64,000 nucleotides of DNA from Candidatus Binatia bacterium (lineage in GTDB: Bacteria > Desulfobacterota > Binatia > UBA12015), in the NCBI GenBank assembly GCA_046327915.1, contig JAXLXO010000004.1:311064-375063 (forward strand), given 5' to 3'. Shown in pieces: positions 9,501-19,000 of this stretch (position 1 is its first letter; the number at the start of each line of letters is the position of its first letter). Position numbers and translations under genes: made by a program. The notes under the pieces are model-generated. The model was not told the DNA's origin. It worked only from the letters and a program-made list of their open reading frames with translations, and made no database searches.

Positions 9501-11633
9501 TCAGGACGACGGGGCCCCGGCGACCGGCGCGCGAACATCGACCTCCAGCTCCGCGGTCAGCGGTACGACGGGATCGGATCCCTGTCCGGCGCGGAGCGCC
9601 AGCACGCGTCGTCCGACGCTCCCGGGCGGGGCGATCCACGCCGCGAGCGACACCGTGGCGCCGCGCGGAACGTCGTCCGGCAGCGAGATCCGGCGCCACG
9701 CGGCCGGGGGTGTGCCGTCGGTCGGCCGCCACGCGTACCAGACCGCGAACCGTCGATCCGGATCGACCGCCGTCCCGGGCCACGTGACTTCGCCGTCGTT
9801 GCGCAGCTCGAGGACGACGCGCCCCTCGCGATGCGGTGACAGCGCTCCCTGCACCGAGGCCTTCAGCACACCCCGCGGCGTGTCGATCGTGGCAACCGGC
9901 GCCCCGGTGACGGTTCGCGCGCGGTCCTGCAGGCCGGGACAGGCGCCGCTTCGCGGCAGCGTGACCCGGTAGAGATCGTCGCCCCGATCGCCGTCCGCAC
10001 CGGGAAAGGTCTTCTCCAGCTGCACGCCGGGAGCATCGCGCCACGCGTTGCGACGTGCGGCCGGCGCGTCGTGCACGAGGATCCATCCGGGGTCGGCGCA
10101 GTCGACGAGAATCCGGAGCGACTCGGGCGACGGCAGCTGCCGCGCGTGCTCGAGCAGGAACGCGCTGCCCGGCGGCATGTATCCGGTGTAGCCGTTCACC
10201 AACGGCAACCAGTGATGGGTGCTTGCGACCATCGCGCGCGCATCGGCGAGGCGGAAGACGCGATCCGTCGGCAGCTCGAGCAGCGGACGCCCGCCACCGT
10301 TCTCCGCGAGCCAGCGATGCGCGGGCGACAGCTGCGCGCGCGTCGCGACCGGGTAGGCCGCGAGATGCCACGGCGACGCGACAACCCAGCTGGCGCAGAC
10401 GAGGACCCCGACGGCGCCCGCGACGACGCGCGCCGCTCCCGGACGCCACGCGGCGAGCCTGCGCTCCGCATCCGCGACGCCGTACGCCGCGAGCGCGCTG
10501 AGCGCGAAGCTCGTCACGATCGCGAAGCGCACGGGCACGCGCAGGCTGCGAAAGCCCGGCACCAGCGCGTACAGCCACGCGTACGGTGCTAACCAGCCGC
10601 CGAGGAATCCTTCCGGTCCCGCAGCGAGCAGCACCCCGGCCGCGGCGGCGAGCACGAGAAACGCGATGCGCAGCCGGTCGCGCTCGCACCGGGAGCCGCG
10701 CGGCACGAGCCGCGACGACAGGAAGGCGATCGCGAGCAGCGCCGTGCCCCAGCCGACGAAGCCGCCGAGGACGTTCATCGGCCTGCCGACCTCTTCCCAC
10801 GGCGTCGCGAGCGACCGCGTGAGCTCGGTGGTGAGTCCGCCGGACGCGCGCGCGAGCACGTACGGGACCGACACGGGCACGACCACCAGCAGCGGACCCG
10901 CGACCGCGATCGCGAGCGCGCGCCACGCGCCCGCTGCGCGAGGCCGCGTCCACTCGACCACGATCCACGTGACGACGAACGACCCGACGACGACATACGC
11001 GGCGTAGCCGAGGTAGTACGAGCACAGCACCTGCACCGCGAGCAGCGCCGCGGTCGCGATCGCCGTGCCCGTGCTTCCGGTCGCAACGGCACGATCCAGC
11101 CCCCACGCGATCATCGGCAGATACTGCACCTGCATCAGATGCGCGCGGCCCAGATCGCCGCGCCACGGCGCGAAGCCGAACGCGAATCCGGCCGCCCACG
11201 CCGCCGCGGTGCTGCCGGTCCAGCGTCGCGCGAGAAAGTGCATCGCGAGCGCCGACAGCACGAAGCTCGCCAGCGTCAGGACGTTCAGGGCGAGAATCGC
11301 GTCGTCGGTCGCGAGCCAGACCGGCAGGAAGATCGGCATGTCTCCGAGCAGATGCTCGGACCTCGCCACCACGTGGGGCGATGGATGCAGGACGTTGCCG
11401 TCGAACAGCGTCAGCGGCGCGGACGTGAGCGCCCGCCCCACCCACGACAGAATCCAGATCACCAGGTGGAGATCGTTCAGCAGACTCGGCGACGACGTGA
11501 CGACGTGGTCGGCGGCGACCGACGCGAGCGGCCAGGTGAACCAGACCGCCGCCGCCGTGTAGACCAGCAGCGGGAGCCCCGCATCGCGCAGCAGGGTGCG
11601 AGTCGTGCGCGCAGTGCCCGGCGGCCGGCTCAC
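9501..11633 (-). CDS. large polytopic membrane protein, possible YfhO/PMT-like glycosyltransferase
   Basis: 710 aa. About 12 predicted TM helices in the N-terminal 430 aa, then a soluble C-terminal domain. No catalytic motif recognised, so the function is a guess. Confidence 0.45.
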   Translation of the reverse strand: MSRPPGTARTTRTLLRDAGLPLLVYTAAAVWFTWPLASVAADHVVTSSPSLLNDLHLVIWILSWVGRALTSAPLTLFDGNVLHPSPHVVARSEHLLGDMPIFLPVWLATDDAILALNVLTLASFVLSALAMHFLARRWTGSTAAAWAAGFAFGFAPWRGDLGRAHLMQVQYLPMIAWGLDRAVATGSTGTAIATAALLAVQVLCSYYLGYAAYVVVGSFVVTWIVVEWTRPRAAGAWRALAIAVAGPLLVVVPVSVPYVLARASGGLTTELTRSLATPWEEVGRPMNVLGGFVGWGTALLAIAFLSSRLVPRGSRCERDRLRIAFLVLAAAAGVLLAAGPEGFLGGWLAPYAWLYALVPGFRSLRVPVRFAIVTSFALSALAAYGVADAERRLAAWRPGAARVVAGAVGVLVCASWVVASPWHLAAYPVATRAQLSPAHRWLAENGGGRPLLELPTDRVFRLADARAMVASTHHWLPLVNGYTGYMPPGSAFLLEHARQLPSPESLRILVDCADPGWILVHDAPAARRNAWRDAPGVQLEKTFPGADGDRGDDLYRVTLPRSGACPGLQDRARTVTGAPVATIDTPRGVLKASVQGALSPHREGRVVLELRNDGEVTWPGTAVDPDRRFAVWYAWRPTDGTPPAAWRRISLPDDVPRGATVSLAAWIAPPGSVGRRVLALRAGQGSDPVVPLTAELEVDVRAPVAGAPSS

Positions 11634-12238
11634 GCGAGCGCGGGGAAGAGCGACACGAGCCCGCTGCGGACCATCTCGACCGCGATCGCGCAGACGATCA
11701 GCCCCGAGACGCGCGTCGACACGTTGATCCCGGTGTCGCCGAGCATGCGGCGCAGCGGGTCGGCCGCACGCAGCGCGAGCCAGGTCGCGACCCCGACGGC
11801 GACGATGATCCCCGACAGGATCGCGTCGTCGGTGGGCGTGCAGCCGTTCCCGGTCGGGCCCTTGCTCGCGTAGACGATGACGCCGCTGATCACGCCGGGA
11901 CCGGCGAGCAGCGGGATCGCGAGCGGCACGATCGCGAAGCTGTCGCCCGGCGCGCCGAAGACCATCTTGACGCCGATCAGGAAGATCAGCAGCCCGCCCG
12001 CGATCATGAAGTCACCGATGCGGATGCCGAGCCCCGCGAGCAGTACGCGCCCGACGAAGAACGACACCAGCATGACGATCGTCACGGCGATGGCCGCCGT
12101 ACGTGCCGTGCCGGCACGTGCCGCGGCGTCGAGGTGCTGGCTGCGCGCCATGAACACGGGCACGCCCTCGAGCGGGTTGACGAGCACGAAGAGCGCGACG
12201 GCGATCTTCGCGAAGGGGGCGATCTCGGCTGCGGACAT
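11630..12238 (-). CDS. marC: MarC-family (UPF0056) integral membrane protein
   Basis: 203 aa, with 'VLVNPLEGVPVF' and 'IAGGLLIFLIGVKM' typical of MarC. ATGA overlap with the downstream gene. Confidence 0.65.
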   Translation of the reverse strand: MSAAEIAPFAKIAVALFVLVNPLEGVPVFMARSQHLDAAARAGTARTAAIAVTIVMLVSFFVGRVLLAGLGIRIGDFMIAGGLLIFLIGVKMVFGAPGDSFAIVPLAIPLLAGPGVISGVIVYASKGPTGNGCTPTDDAILSGIIVAVGVATWLALRAADPLRRMLGDTGINVSTRVSGLIVCAIAVEMVRSGLVSLFPALA

Positions 12239-12381
12239 CGGATGTCTCTCGCGTCGGGAACCTTTCGCCGATCGCCGGGCGCGGTGCAATCGGAAGAGAT
12301 TCGCGCGACGCACACCGCCGACATGCGCGTCGCGGCTTTGTTTCTTGAAATGATCCGGAACCGGGGTAGCCTCGGGGGCCG

Positions 12382-13323
12382 ATGCAGGCGCACAGGATCA
12401 CCGCGTCGTGGGAGCAAGTTCCAGCGGAGACGGCGACGGCCGTGTCGCTCGCCCTGCCCGACTTCGCGGGTGCGGTCAACGCCGAGCTGGTCCGCTTTGC
12501 CGGACCGCAGGTCTCGTCGGTGGTCGCGTCACCGGCGGCACACAGCATCAGCTTCGTGCAGGGCGGCCGCGGACGGATCGCATGGCACGTCGGCGGCCGG
12601 ACGCGCGAGGCCGCGATCGCGAAGGGCGGCTACTCGATCGTGCCGAGCTCCGCGGACGACAACCTCTTCGTCGTCGACGGCGCGCTGGAGTCGCTCCACC
12701 TCGGCATCGATCCGGGATTTCTCGCGAGCGTCGTCGAGCGCGAGCTCGACCGCTCCACATCGGGGCTGGAGCTCCGTCCCGACGTACGGCGGCGCGAGCC
12801 CGCGGTGCTCGCCTTCGGAACGGCACTCGCGAACGAGCTGCGAAATCCCGGCATCGGCTCGCCGCTCTACGTCGACGCGCTGGTGATCGGGCTCGCGGTG
12901 CAGCTCGCACGCGAGCACTCGAACCTCACGGTCGGCGAAGCGCCTCGCGTCCGCCCGCTGTCCGCGCACGACCTGCAGACCGCGACGGATTACATCCGCG
13001 ACAACCTCGCGACCGACGTGCGGCTCGGCGCGATCGCGAGCGTCGTCGGGCTGTCGCCGCACCACTTCGCGAAGAGCTTCAAGGCGGCGACGGGCCAGGC
13101 ACCGCACGCGTACGTGATCGAGCAGCGGGTCGCGTCGGCGCGCCGCATGCTCGCCGACGACGAGGCGAGCATCGCCGACATCGCCTACCGCGTCGGCTTC
13201 TCGAGCCAGAGCCACCTGACGACGACCTTCCGCCGGCTCTGCGGCGTCACGCCCCAGGAGTACCGCCGCCGCAGCGGCGCCTGCGCGAAGTCGCAGCACG
13301 GCGCGCGCGACCGGGTCGCCTGA
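12382..13323 (+). CDS. AraC-family transcriptional regulator
   Basis: C-terminal HTH 'IASVVGLSPHHFAKSFKAATGQAPHAYVIEQRVASARRML…IAYRVGFSSQSHLTTTFRRLCGVTPQEYRR'. Confidence 0.8.
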   Translation: MQAHRITASWEQVPAETATAVSLALPDFAGAVNAELVRFAGPQVSSVVASPAAHSISFVQGGRGRIAWHVGGRTREAAIAKGGYSIVPSSADDNLFVVDGALESLHLGIDPGFLASVVERELDRSTSGLELRPDVRRREPAVLAFGTALANELRNPGIGSPLYVDALVIGLAVQLAREHSNLTVGEAPRVRPLSAHDLQTATDYIRDNLATDVRLGAIASVVGLSPHHFAKSFKAATGQAPHAYVIEQRVASARRMLADDEASIADIAYRVGFSSQSHLTTTFRRLCGVTPQEYRRRSGACAKSQHGARDRVA

Positions 13324-13369
13324 AGCGCGCATCGCGCGTCCGGCGTCCGACCTGCGCGGTGAGCCCGCG

Positions 13370-13846
13370 CTAGAACCAGCTCGTGTCCGTCATCGCGCCC
13401 GGCACCAGTCGCGCGGTGACGTCGTGCGCCTCGTCGCGCACCATGATGTCCTTGCCGTCGGTCCAGACGCGCACGCGCTGCTTCGGGTAGCCGTCGATGT
13501 CGAGCTTCAGGTAGCCCTCGCCGTCGACCGCGTACGTGCCGGTCTTGCGCGTCCTCTGGTCGTCGATGAAGCGCACGGTCGCGGTGAAGCTGCCGTCGCT
13601 GCCGAAGCGGACGCCGACGCCGCTGATCACGAAGAAGAGCGCGCCGCCGGCGTCGAGCGTGTGCCACGCCGTGCCGGGAAGCGCGGGCAGCACGTTCGAC
13701 TCCTGTGCGACGGCGGTGGCGTCCATCGCCGGCGCGCGCAGCACCGCCGCGCACACGAGCGCGAAAAGCACGATCCGTGCAGCCGTCCTCGCGGCGGCGC
13801 GCGCCGGTCGATCGACGGCAGGGAAGGAAGTCCGGTGGTCGGTCAT
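13370..13846 (-). CDS. hypothetical small secreted protein (last gene of nar supercluster)
   Basis: 158 aa. N-terminal hydrophobic signal ([19 protein letters not shown]) and normal composition. ATGA overlap with the TehA-like gene. The Arg-rich 5' extension of ORF 13370..14725 was rejected. Confidence 0.5.
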   Translation of the reverse strand: MTDHRTSFPAVDRPARAAARTAARIVLFALVCAAVLRAPAMDATAVAQESNVLPALPGTAWHTLDAGGALFFVISGVGVRFGSDGSFTATVRFIDDQRTRKTGTYAVDGEGYLKLDIDGYPKQRVRVWTDGKDIMVRDEAHDVTARLVPGAMTDTSWF

Positions 13847-14907
13847 TGCGCGCTCCTCGCGTGCTGTCGAAGGATGGTGTTCAGCATTCCCGCGAACGTC
13901 ACCAGCCACGCCGCGAGCGCCACGAAGACGAACACGCGCGGGATCGCGAGCAGGAACGGCTCGTCGATCGCGTGCGCGAGCTTGAACGTGCACGTGGTGT
14001 ACATGCCGAGCGGGAAGACCATGCCCCAGTAGCCGGGCTCGTACGCGAGCGGGTAACGCCGCACGACGTGGCGCCAGACGCCCATCACGAACAGCATCGG
14101 GATCCACCACGTCGCCGTCGCCCAGAACAGCAGCGTGAGTCCCTTCAGGAAGGGCAGCAGCGACGCGAGCAGCGGATCGGACGCCGCGTTGCCGATCACG
14201 ATCGCGCCGGCCAGCGTCGAGATCGCCATCGCGCCGGTGTCGATCCAGTACGCGGGGCCGGCGTCGGCCGGCTCGAAGCGCAGGAACATGTAGCGGAAGA
14301 AGATCAGCCCGATGATCCAGACGTAGAGCATGCCGCCCGCGAGCCACAGGGCCAGCGTCAGGAACAGCACCTGGTGCTCGTATCCGGGGAAACGGTCGTA
14401 CACCTGGCCGCCGAGCAGGGACACTCCCTGCGTCGCGACGACCGCGACCAGCCATCCGCCGTTGAGCCCGCGCTCGATCGGCGGCTTCTGCTCGTCCACG
14501 GTGAGCAGGGCCAGCACGCCGTAGAGCAGCAGCACCCAGAGCACCAGCGCGAGCAGCCAGAGCGCGGTCGCGATCTCCGGCACGTGCACCACGATCAGCA
14601 GCTGCGCACCGAGCACGCACGTCCCGGCGACGATCGTGAAGTAGCCGACGCCGCGCGCGTGATTGCCGAGGTCCGCGCGCACCGCCGCCGGATACCGCAC
14701 GAGGCGCGCGAGGTAGAGCACCCACAGCACGACGTAGGCGATCACGTTGACGGCGAGCAGCGCGACCGCGACCGGCACGAAGCCGAGCAGCTTGCTCGCG
14801 ATCGAGACGATCCCGGTCGCCATGACCAGCGCGAAGTACGCGGGGTTGAGCGTCTCGAGCCCGCTCGCGGCGGCCTGTGCCTTGCCGCGATCGGCGGCGG
14901 CAGCCAT
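13843..14907 (-). CDS. TehA/TDT-family (SLAC1-like) anion channel/transporter
   Basis: 354 aa, about 10 TM helices, very hydrophobic, with a typical TDT-family helix pattern (…[13 protein letters not shown]…, …[11 protein letters not shown]…, …[13 protein letters not shown]…). The start codon is 5 nt after the cytochrome c stop. Confidence 0.65.
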   Translation of the reverse strand: MAAAADRGKAQAAASGLETLNPAYFALVMATGIVSIASKLLGFVPVAVALLAVNVIAYVVLWVLYLARLVRYPAAVRADLGNHARGVGYFTIVAGTCVLGAQLLIVVHVPEIATALWLLALVLWVLLLYGVLALLTVDEQKPPIERGLNGGWLVAVVATQGVSLLGGQVYDRFPGYEHQVLFLTLALWLAGGMLYVWIIGLIFFRYMFLRFEPADAGPAYWIDTGAMAISTLAGAIVIGNAASDPLLASLLPFLKGLTLLFWATATWWIPMLFVMGVWRHVVRRYPLAYEPGYWGMVFPLGMYTTCTFKLAHAIDEPFLLAIPRVFVFVALAAWLVTFAGMLNTILRQHARSAQ

Positions 14908-14912
14908 CGCGC

Positions 14913-15281
14913 TCACGGCGTCGCTCCTGCCGTCCTGCGGAATGCTTCGAGGTACGACAGCAGCGCGTCGAGCTGCTCGCCGGACAGCGTGCCGCCGTAC
15001 GCCATCATCGCCGAGCCCGGGACGCCGTTCAGGATCGCGCCGCGCAGCCGCGCGGCATCCGCGTCGCGCCAGAATCCGGCCGATGCGAAGTCGGGCGGCC
15101 TCGGGATCATGGTCACGCCGGCCGGACCGTCGCCTCGTCCACCGTCGCCGTGGCAGAACGCGCACCGGCTGCGGAACAGATCGCCGCCGAGCGCGAGCTG
15201 CGCCGGATCGGCGGTCTGCGCGTCTGCGGTGTGCGCGACGGCCGACACGACCAGCAGCGCCAGTGCGACGCGGCGGATCAC
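14913..15281 (-). CDS. class I mono-haem cytochrome c
   Basis: 'CAFCHG' haem-binding motif, distal Met region 'GSAMMAYGG', signal peptide. GTG start with a GTGA overlap on the ppiC-like stop. Confidence 0.7.
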   Translation of the reverse strand: MIRRVALALLVVSAVAHTADAQTADPAQLALGGDLFRSRCAFCHGDGGRGDGPAGVTMIPRPPDFASAGFWRDADAARLRGAILNGVPGSAMMAYGGTLSGEQLDALLSYLEAFRRTAGATP

Positions 15282-16093
15282 GAACACCCCTGCGTGCCGC
15301 ACTGGCACGACGACTCGCCGTGCGCGGCGTCGACCGTGCGTGCTTCGGCGTCCAGACCCTCGACGTCCGCGGCGGCCACCAGATCGCGCACGAATTCCGC
15401 GGCCGCGGCGCGCCAGCGGCGGTCGAGCAGCCGCTCGCGCGCGAGACCGCGCGCCTCGCGCCACTCGAGCGGACGTCCCGGCGCACGCTCGTCGAGGCGC
15501 ACCACGTGGTAGCCGAAGCGCGTCCGCACCGGCGCGGGACAGACGTCGCCAGGCGCGAGGTGCTGCAGCACCGCCGCGAACTCCGGAACCGTGTCGCGCG
15601 CCGTCACCTGCCCGAGGCTGCCGCCGCTCTGCGCCGACGAGCAGCCGGAACGCTCGCGCGCGAGGTCGGCGAAGCGCGACGGATCGCGCGCCAGCTCCGC
15701 GATGCACTCGGCCGCGGCGCTGCACGCGCGCTCGAGCGCCGCGGAATCCGACGGCGGCGCGAGGAAGAGGATGTGCGACGCCTCGAACAGGTCGGGCGTG
15801 CGGTCGAGCTCGGGATGGCTGTCGTGCTCGGCGCGGCAGTCCGACTCGCTCGGCTCGTCGACCGCGACGTGGCGCACGACCAGCTCGTCGATCGCGCGCT
15901 GGCAGGCGCTCTCGTCGCGCTCGTCCGCGGCGACCAGCCCTTCGCGCGCGGCCGTCTGGCGCAGCACCTCGCGCACCACCAGAGCGCGCGCCGCGCGCAG
16001 CTCCGCGTCCTCGCGGCTCGCCGCGCGATGGTACTGCATCTCGCGCAGCACCTCGTCGTCGCCGATCGCGACCGCGTTCACGCGGAGCGCCAT
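15278..16093 (-). CDS. PpiC/parvulin-type peptidyl-prolyl isomerase (NifM-like)
   Basis: C-terminal rotamase domain '…[55 protein letters not shown]'. Overlaps the narI 3' end by 16 nt. Confidence 0.65.
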   Translation of the reverse strand: MALRVNAVAIGDDEVLREMQYHRAASREDAELRAARALVVREVLRQTAAREGLVAADERDESACQRAIDELVVRHVAVDEPSESDCRAEHDSHPELDRTPDLFEASHILFLAPPSDSAALERACSAAAECIAELARDPSRFADLARERSGCSSAQSGGSLGQVTARDTVPEFAAVLQHLAPGDVCPAPVRTRFGYHVVRLDERAPGRPLEWREARGLARERLLDRRWRAAAAEFVRDLVAAADVEGLDAEARTVDAAHGESSCQCGTQGCS

Positions 16094-16812
16094 CCCGGTC
16101 CCTTCCGCGTCCGCGCACGATACGGCTCGCGCACGATCTGGTAGCGGCGGCCGAGGTACCACACCGGCGCGCTCCAGATGTGGATCAGCCGCGTGAACGG
16201 CACCAGCAGCACCACCGTCAAGCCGAGGACGATGTGCAGCTTGTAGACCAGCGGGATCGGCAGCAGCAGCTCCCACGCGTCGGCGCGGAACGTCACCAGG
16301 CGCTGCGCCCAGAACGCGGCGTGAAGCAGCGTCTGTCCCGACACGTGGTCCGCCCACGAGGCCGGCAGCGTCGCGAGCCCGATCGCCAGCTGCACCCAGA
16401 TGATCACGAGGATCAGCACGTCGGACCAGCTGCTCGAGCGCAGCACGCGCGCGTCGAAGAGCCTTCGGTGCAGCAGGATCGTCGTGCCGATGAAGCAGAT
16501 GGTGCCCGAGATGCCGCCGGCGAAGACCTCGAGGACGGCGTGCTCCTGCACGGTGAAGCCGACGCGCGTGTAGAGCGACACCGGCGTCAGCATGCCGGCG
16601 ACGTGGCCGAGCACCAGCGCGATCGCGGCGACGTGGAAGATGTTGCTGCCCCACACCAGCTGCCGCTTGCGCAGCATCTCGCTCGACCCGCTGCGCCACG
16701 TGTACTGCTCGCGCTCGAAGCGCAGCCAGCTGCCGACGAGGAACACCGTCACGCAGACGTACGGGTAGATGCCGAACAGGAAGCGCTGCAGCAGCTCGCT
16801 CGCGACGCTCAC
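16078..16812 (-). CDS. narI: respiratory nitrate reductase gamma subunit
   Basis: 244 aa, 5 TM helices, conserved 'FLFGIYPYV' N-terminus and His ligands. GTG start overlapping the narJ stop (GTGA). Confidence 0.85.
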   Translation of the reverse strand: MSVASELLQRFLFGIYPYVCVTVFLVGSWLRFEREQYTWRSGSSEMLRKRQLVWGSNIFHVAAIALVLGHVAGMLTPVSLYTRVGFTVQEHAVLEVFAGGISGTICFIGTTILLHRRLFDARVLRSSSWSDVLILVIIWVQLAIGLATLPASWADHVSGQTLLHAAFWAQRLVTFRADAWELLLPIPLVYKLHIVLGLTVVLLVPFTRLIHIWSAPVWYLGRRYQIVREPYRARTRKGPGWRSA

Positions 16813-17480
16813 GAGCACCTCCCCGCGCGCGTCGCGGCCGCAGCGTCGGCCGCTCCCGCGCTGGTGAAGTCGACCACCGGCTCCTCCCACTCGCGGTCGA
16901 GGCGCTCGAGCTCGCTTTCCTCGGTCGCGTCGACGGCCTGCTCGACGTCGCGCAGCGCCGCGCGATCGACGGCGTCCCCCGCGAGATCGATCAGCGCCTC
17001 GAGAACCGCCGCGTACGGCGACAGGCGCAGCTCGAGCTTGCGCCGCAGCGCCGCGAGGATCGGCGCCGCGTCGTCGAGCAGCGGGCGCGCGACGCTCTCC
17101 GGCGCGAGCGACAGGAACTCGCACAGCAGCGGCAGGTAGTCGGGCAGCTCGGTGGTCGACGGCTCGAGGCCGTTCTCGACGTACAGGCGGCGCAGGTCGA
17201 CCATCGCCTGGCCGCGCTCGCGCGCCTCGCCGTGCACGTGCTCGAAGAGGTGCAGCGAGCACGCGCGGCCGTGATCGAAGGTCGCGACCCACGCCTCCTC
17301 GAGGTCGAGCAGGGAGCCTTCGCGGAATCCCGCGAGGAGTCGCGCGACGCCGTCGCGCGCGTGCGCGGAGAGCCGCGGCTCCGCGGCGACGCGACGCTCG
17401 ATCTCGTCGACCGCGGCGAGCAGGTCGCTGCTCGGGTAGAGCAGCAGCGCGCCCAGCACCTTGCAGCTCGCGAGGCTCAC
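16809..17480 (-). CDS. narJ: nitrate reductase molybdenum cofactor assembly chaperone
   Basis: 'MSLASCKVLGALLLYPSSDLL…' is a NarJ/TorD-family N-terminus. GTG start overlapping the narH stop (GTGA). Confidence 0.8.
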   Translation of the reverse strand: MSLASCKVLGALLLYPSSDLLAAVDEIERRVAAEPRLSAHARDGVARLLAGFREGSLLDLEEAWVATFDHGRACSLHLFEHVHGEARERGQAMVDLRRLYVENGLEPSTTELPDYLPLLCEFLSLAPESVARPLLDDAAPILAALRRKLELRLSPYAAVLEALIDLAGDAVDRAALRDVEQAVDATEESELERLDREWEEPVVDFTSAGAADAAAATRAGRCS

Positions 17481-19000
17481 ATGACCTCGCTCGGCGTCCG
17501 GCGCCCGGCGCCGCCGCCGAAGAAGACGCTGCCGCGCGAGTCGGGCGCGTCGCAGCCGTTGCCGAAGGTGAAGCCGCACGCGCCGCGCAGCTCGTAGGCG
17601 TCCTCCGCGAGCTCGCGATGGCTGGTCGGGATCACGAAGCGGTCCTCGTAGTTCGCGATCGCGAGCAGGCGGTACATCTCCTCGATCTGCTGCCGCGACA
17701 GCCCGACGCGCGCGAGTACCTCGTCGTTGTCGCGTCCCTCGACGTGGCGGTCGCGCATGAACACCCGCATCGCGAACATGCGCTCGAGGGCGCGCACGAT
17801 CGCGGGCTCGTCGCCGGCCGAGAGCAGGTTCGCGAGATAGCGCACCGGGATGCGCAGCTTGCGGACGTCGGGCAGCGCGCCGTCGAAGCCGATCGCGCCC
17901 GACTCCGCGGACGCCTGGATCGGGCTCAGCGGCGGGCAGTACCAGACCATCGGCAGCGTCCGGTACTCGGGGTGCAGCGGGAACGCGATGCCCCACTCGA
18001 CGGCGAGCTTCCACACCGGCGAGCGCTGCGCCGACTCGATCCACGCCTCGGGAACGCCCGCGTCGCGCGCCGCCTGCTGCACGTCGGGATCGTTCGGGTC
18101 GAGGAACATCTCGAGCTGGGCCGCGTGCAGGTCGCGCTCGTCCGGGGTCGCCGCCGCCTGCTCGATGCGGTCGGCGTCGTAGAGCATGACGCCGAGATAG
18201 CGGATGCGTCCGACGCAGGTCTCCGAGCACACCGTGGGCAGCCCGGACTCGATGCGCGGGTAGCAGAAGATGCACTTCTCGGCCTTGCCCGAGCGCCAGT
18301 TGTAGTAGATTTTCTTGTATGGACAGCCCGACAGGCACATGCGCCAGCCGCGGCACTTGTCCTGGTCGATGAGGACGATGCCGTCCTCCTCGCGCTTGTA
18401 GATCGAGCCCGACGGACACGACGCGACGCAGGTCGGGTTCAGGCAGTGCTCGCACAGGCGCGGCAGGTACATCATGAACGTGTTCTCGAACTGCGCGACC
18501 ATGTCCTTCTCGACGCCTTCGAGGTTGGCGTCGCGACTGCGGTCGGCGAACGCGCCGCCGAGGTCGTCCTCCCAGTTCGCGCTCCACGTCACGCGCTCCA
18601 TGTGCTTGCCGGTCAGCAGCGAGATCGGGCGCGCGACCGGCACGTCCTCCGACTCCGGCGCGGACTGCAGCGTGCCGTAGTCGAAGGTGTACGGCTCGTA
18701 GTAGTCGTCCACTTCGGGCATGTGCGGGTTCGCGAAGATCTGCGCGAGCACGCGGAAGCGTCCGCCGAGACGCGGCACGAGCTTGCCGTCGGCGCGCCGC
18801 ACCCAGCCGCCGCGCCAGCGGCCCTGGTTCTCCCACTCCTTCGGGTAGCCGACGCCGGGCTTGGTCTCGACGTTGTTGAACCACGCGTACTGCACGCCGT
18901 CGCGGTTGGTCCACACGTTCTTGCAGGTCACCGAGCAGGTGTGGCAGCCGATGCACTTGTCGAGGTTCAGCACCATCATGATCTGGGCACGAACCTTCAT
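17477..19000 (-). CDS. narH: respiratory nitrate reductase beta subunit
   Basis: 508 aa, with four FeS cysteine clusters (CIGCHTCSVTC, CEHCLNPTCVASC, CRGWRMCLSGC, CIFCYPR). ATGA overlap with narG. Confidence 0.9.
   Translation of the reverse strand: MKVRAQIMMVLNLDKCIGCHTCSVTCKNVWTNRDGVQYAWFNNVETKPGVGYPKEWENQGRWRGGWVRRADGKLVPRLGGRFRVLAQIFANPHMPEVDDYYEPYTFDYGTLQSAPESEDVPVARPISLLTGKHMERVTWSANWEDDLGGAFADRSRDANLEGVEKDMVAQFENTFMMYLPRLCEHCLNPTCVASCPSGSIYKREEDGIVLIDQDKCRGWRMCLSGCPYKKIYYNWRSGKAEKCIFCYPRIESGLPTVCSETCVGRIRYLGVMLYDADRIEQAAATPDERDLHAAQLEMFLDPNDPDVQQAARDAGVPEAWIESAQRSPVWKLAVEWGIAFPLHPEYRTLPMVWYCPPLSPIQASAESGAIGFDGALPDVRKLRIPVRYLANLLSAGDEPAIVRALERMFAMRVFMRDRHVEGRDNDEVLARVGLSRQQIEEMYRLLAIANYEDRFVIPTSHRELAEDAYELRGACGFTFGNGCDAPDSRGSVFFGGGAGRRTPSEVM

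Noticed and set aside
13705-17139. 1144-aa + strand ORF
   Set aside because: Antisense to the tehA-like, cytochrome c, ppiC and narI genes. It is Arg/Pro/Ser-rich and has no domain signature.
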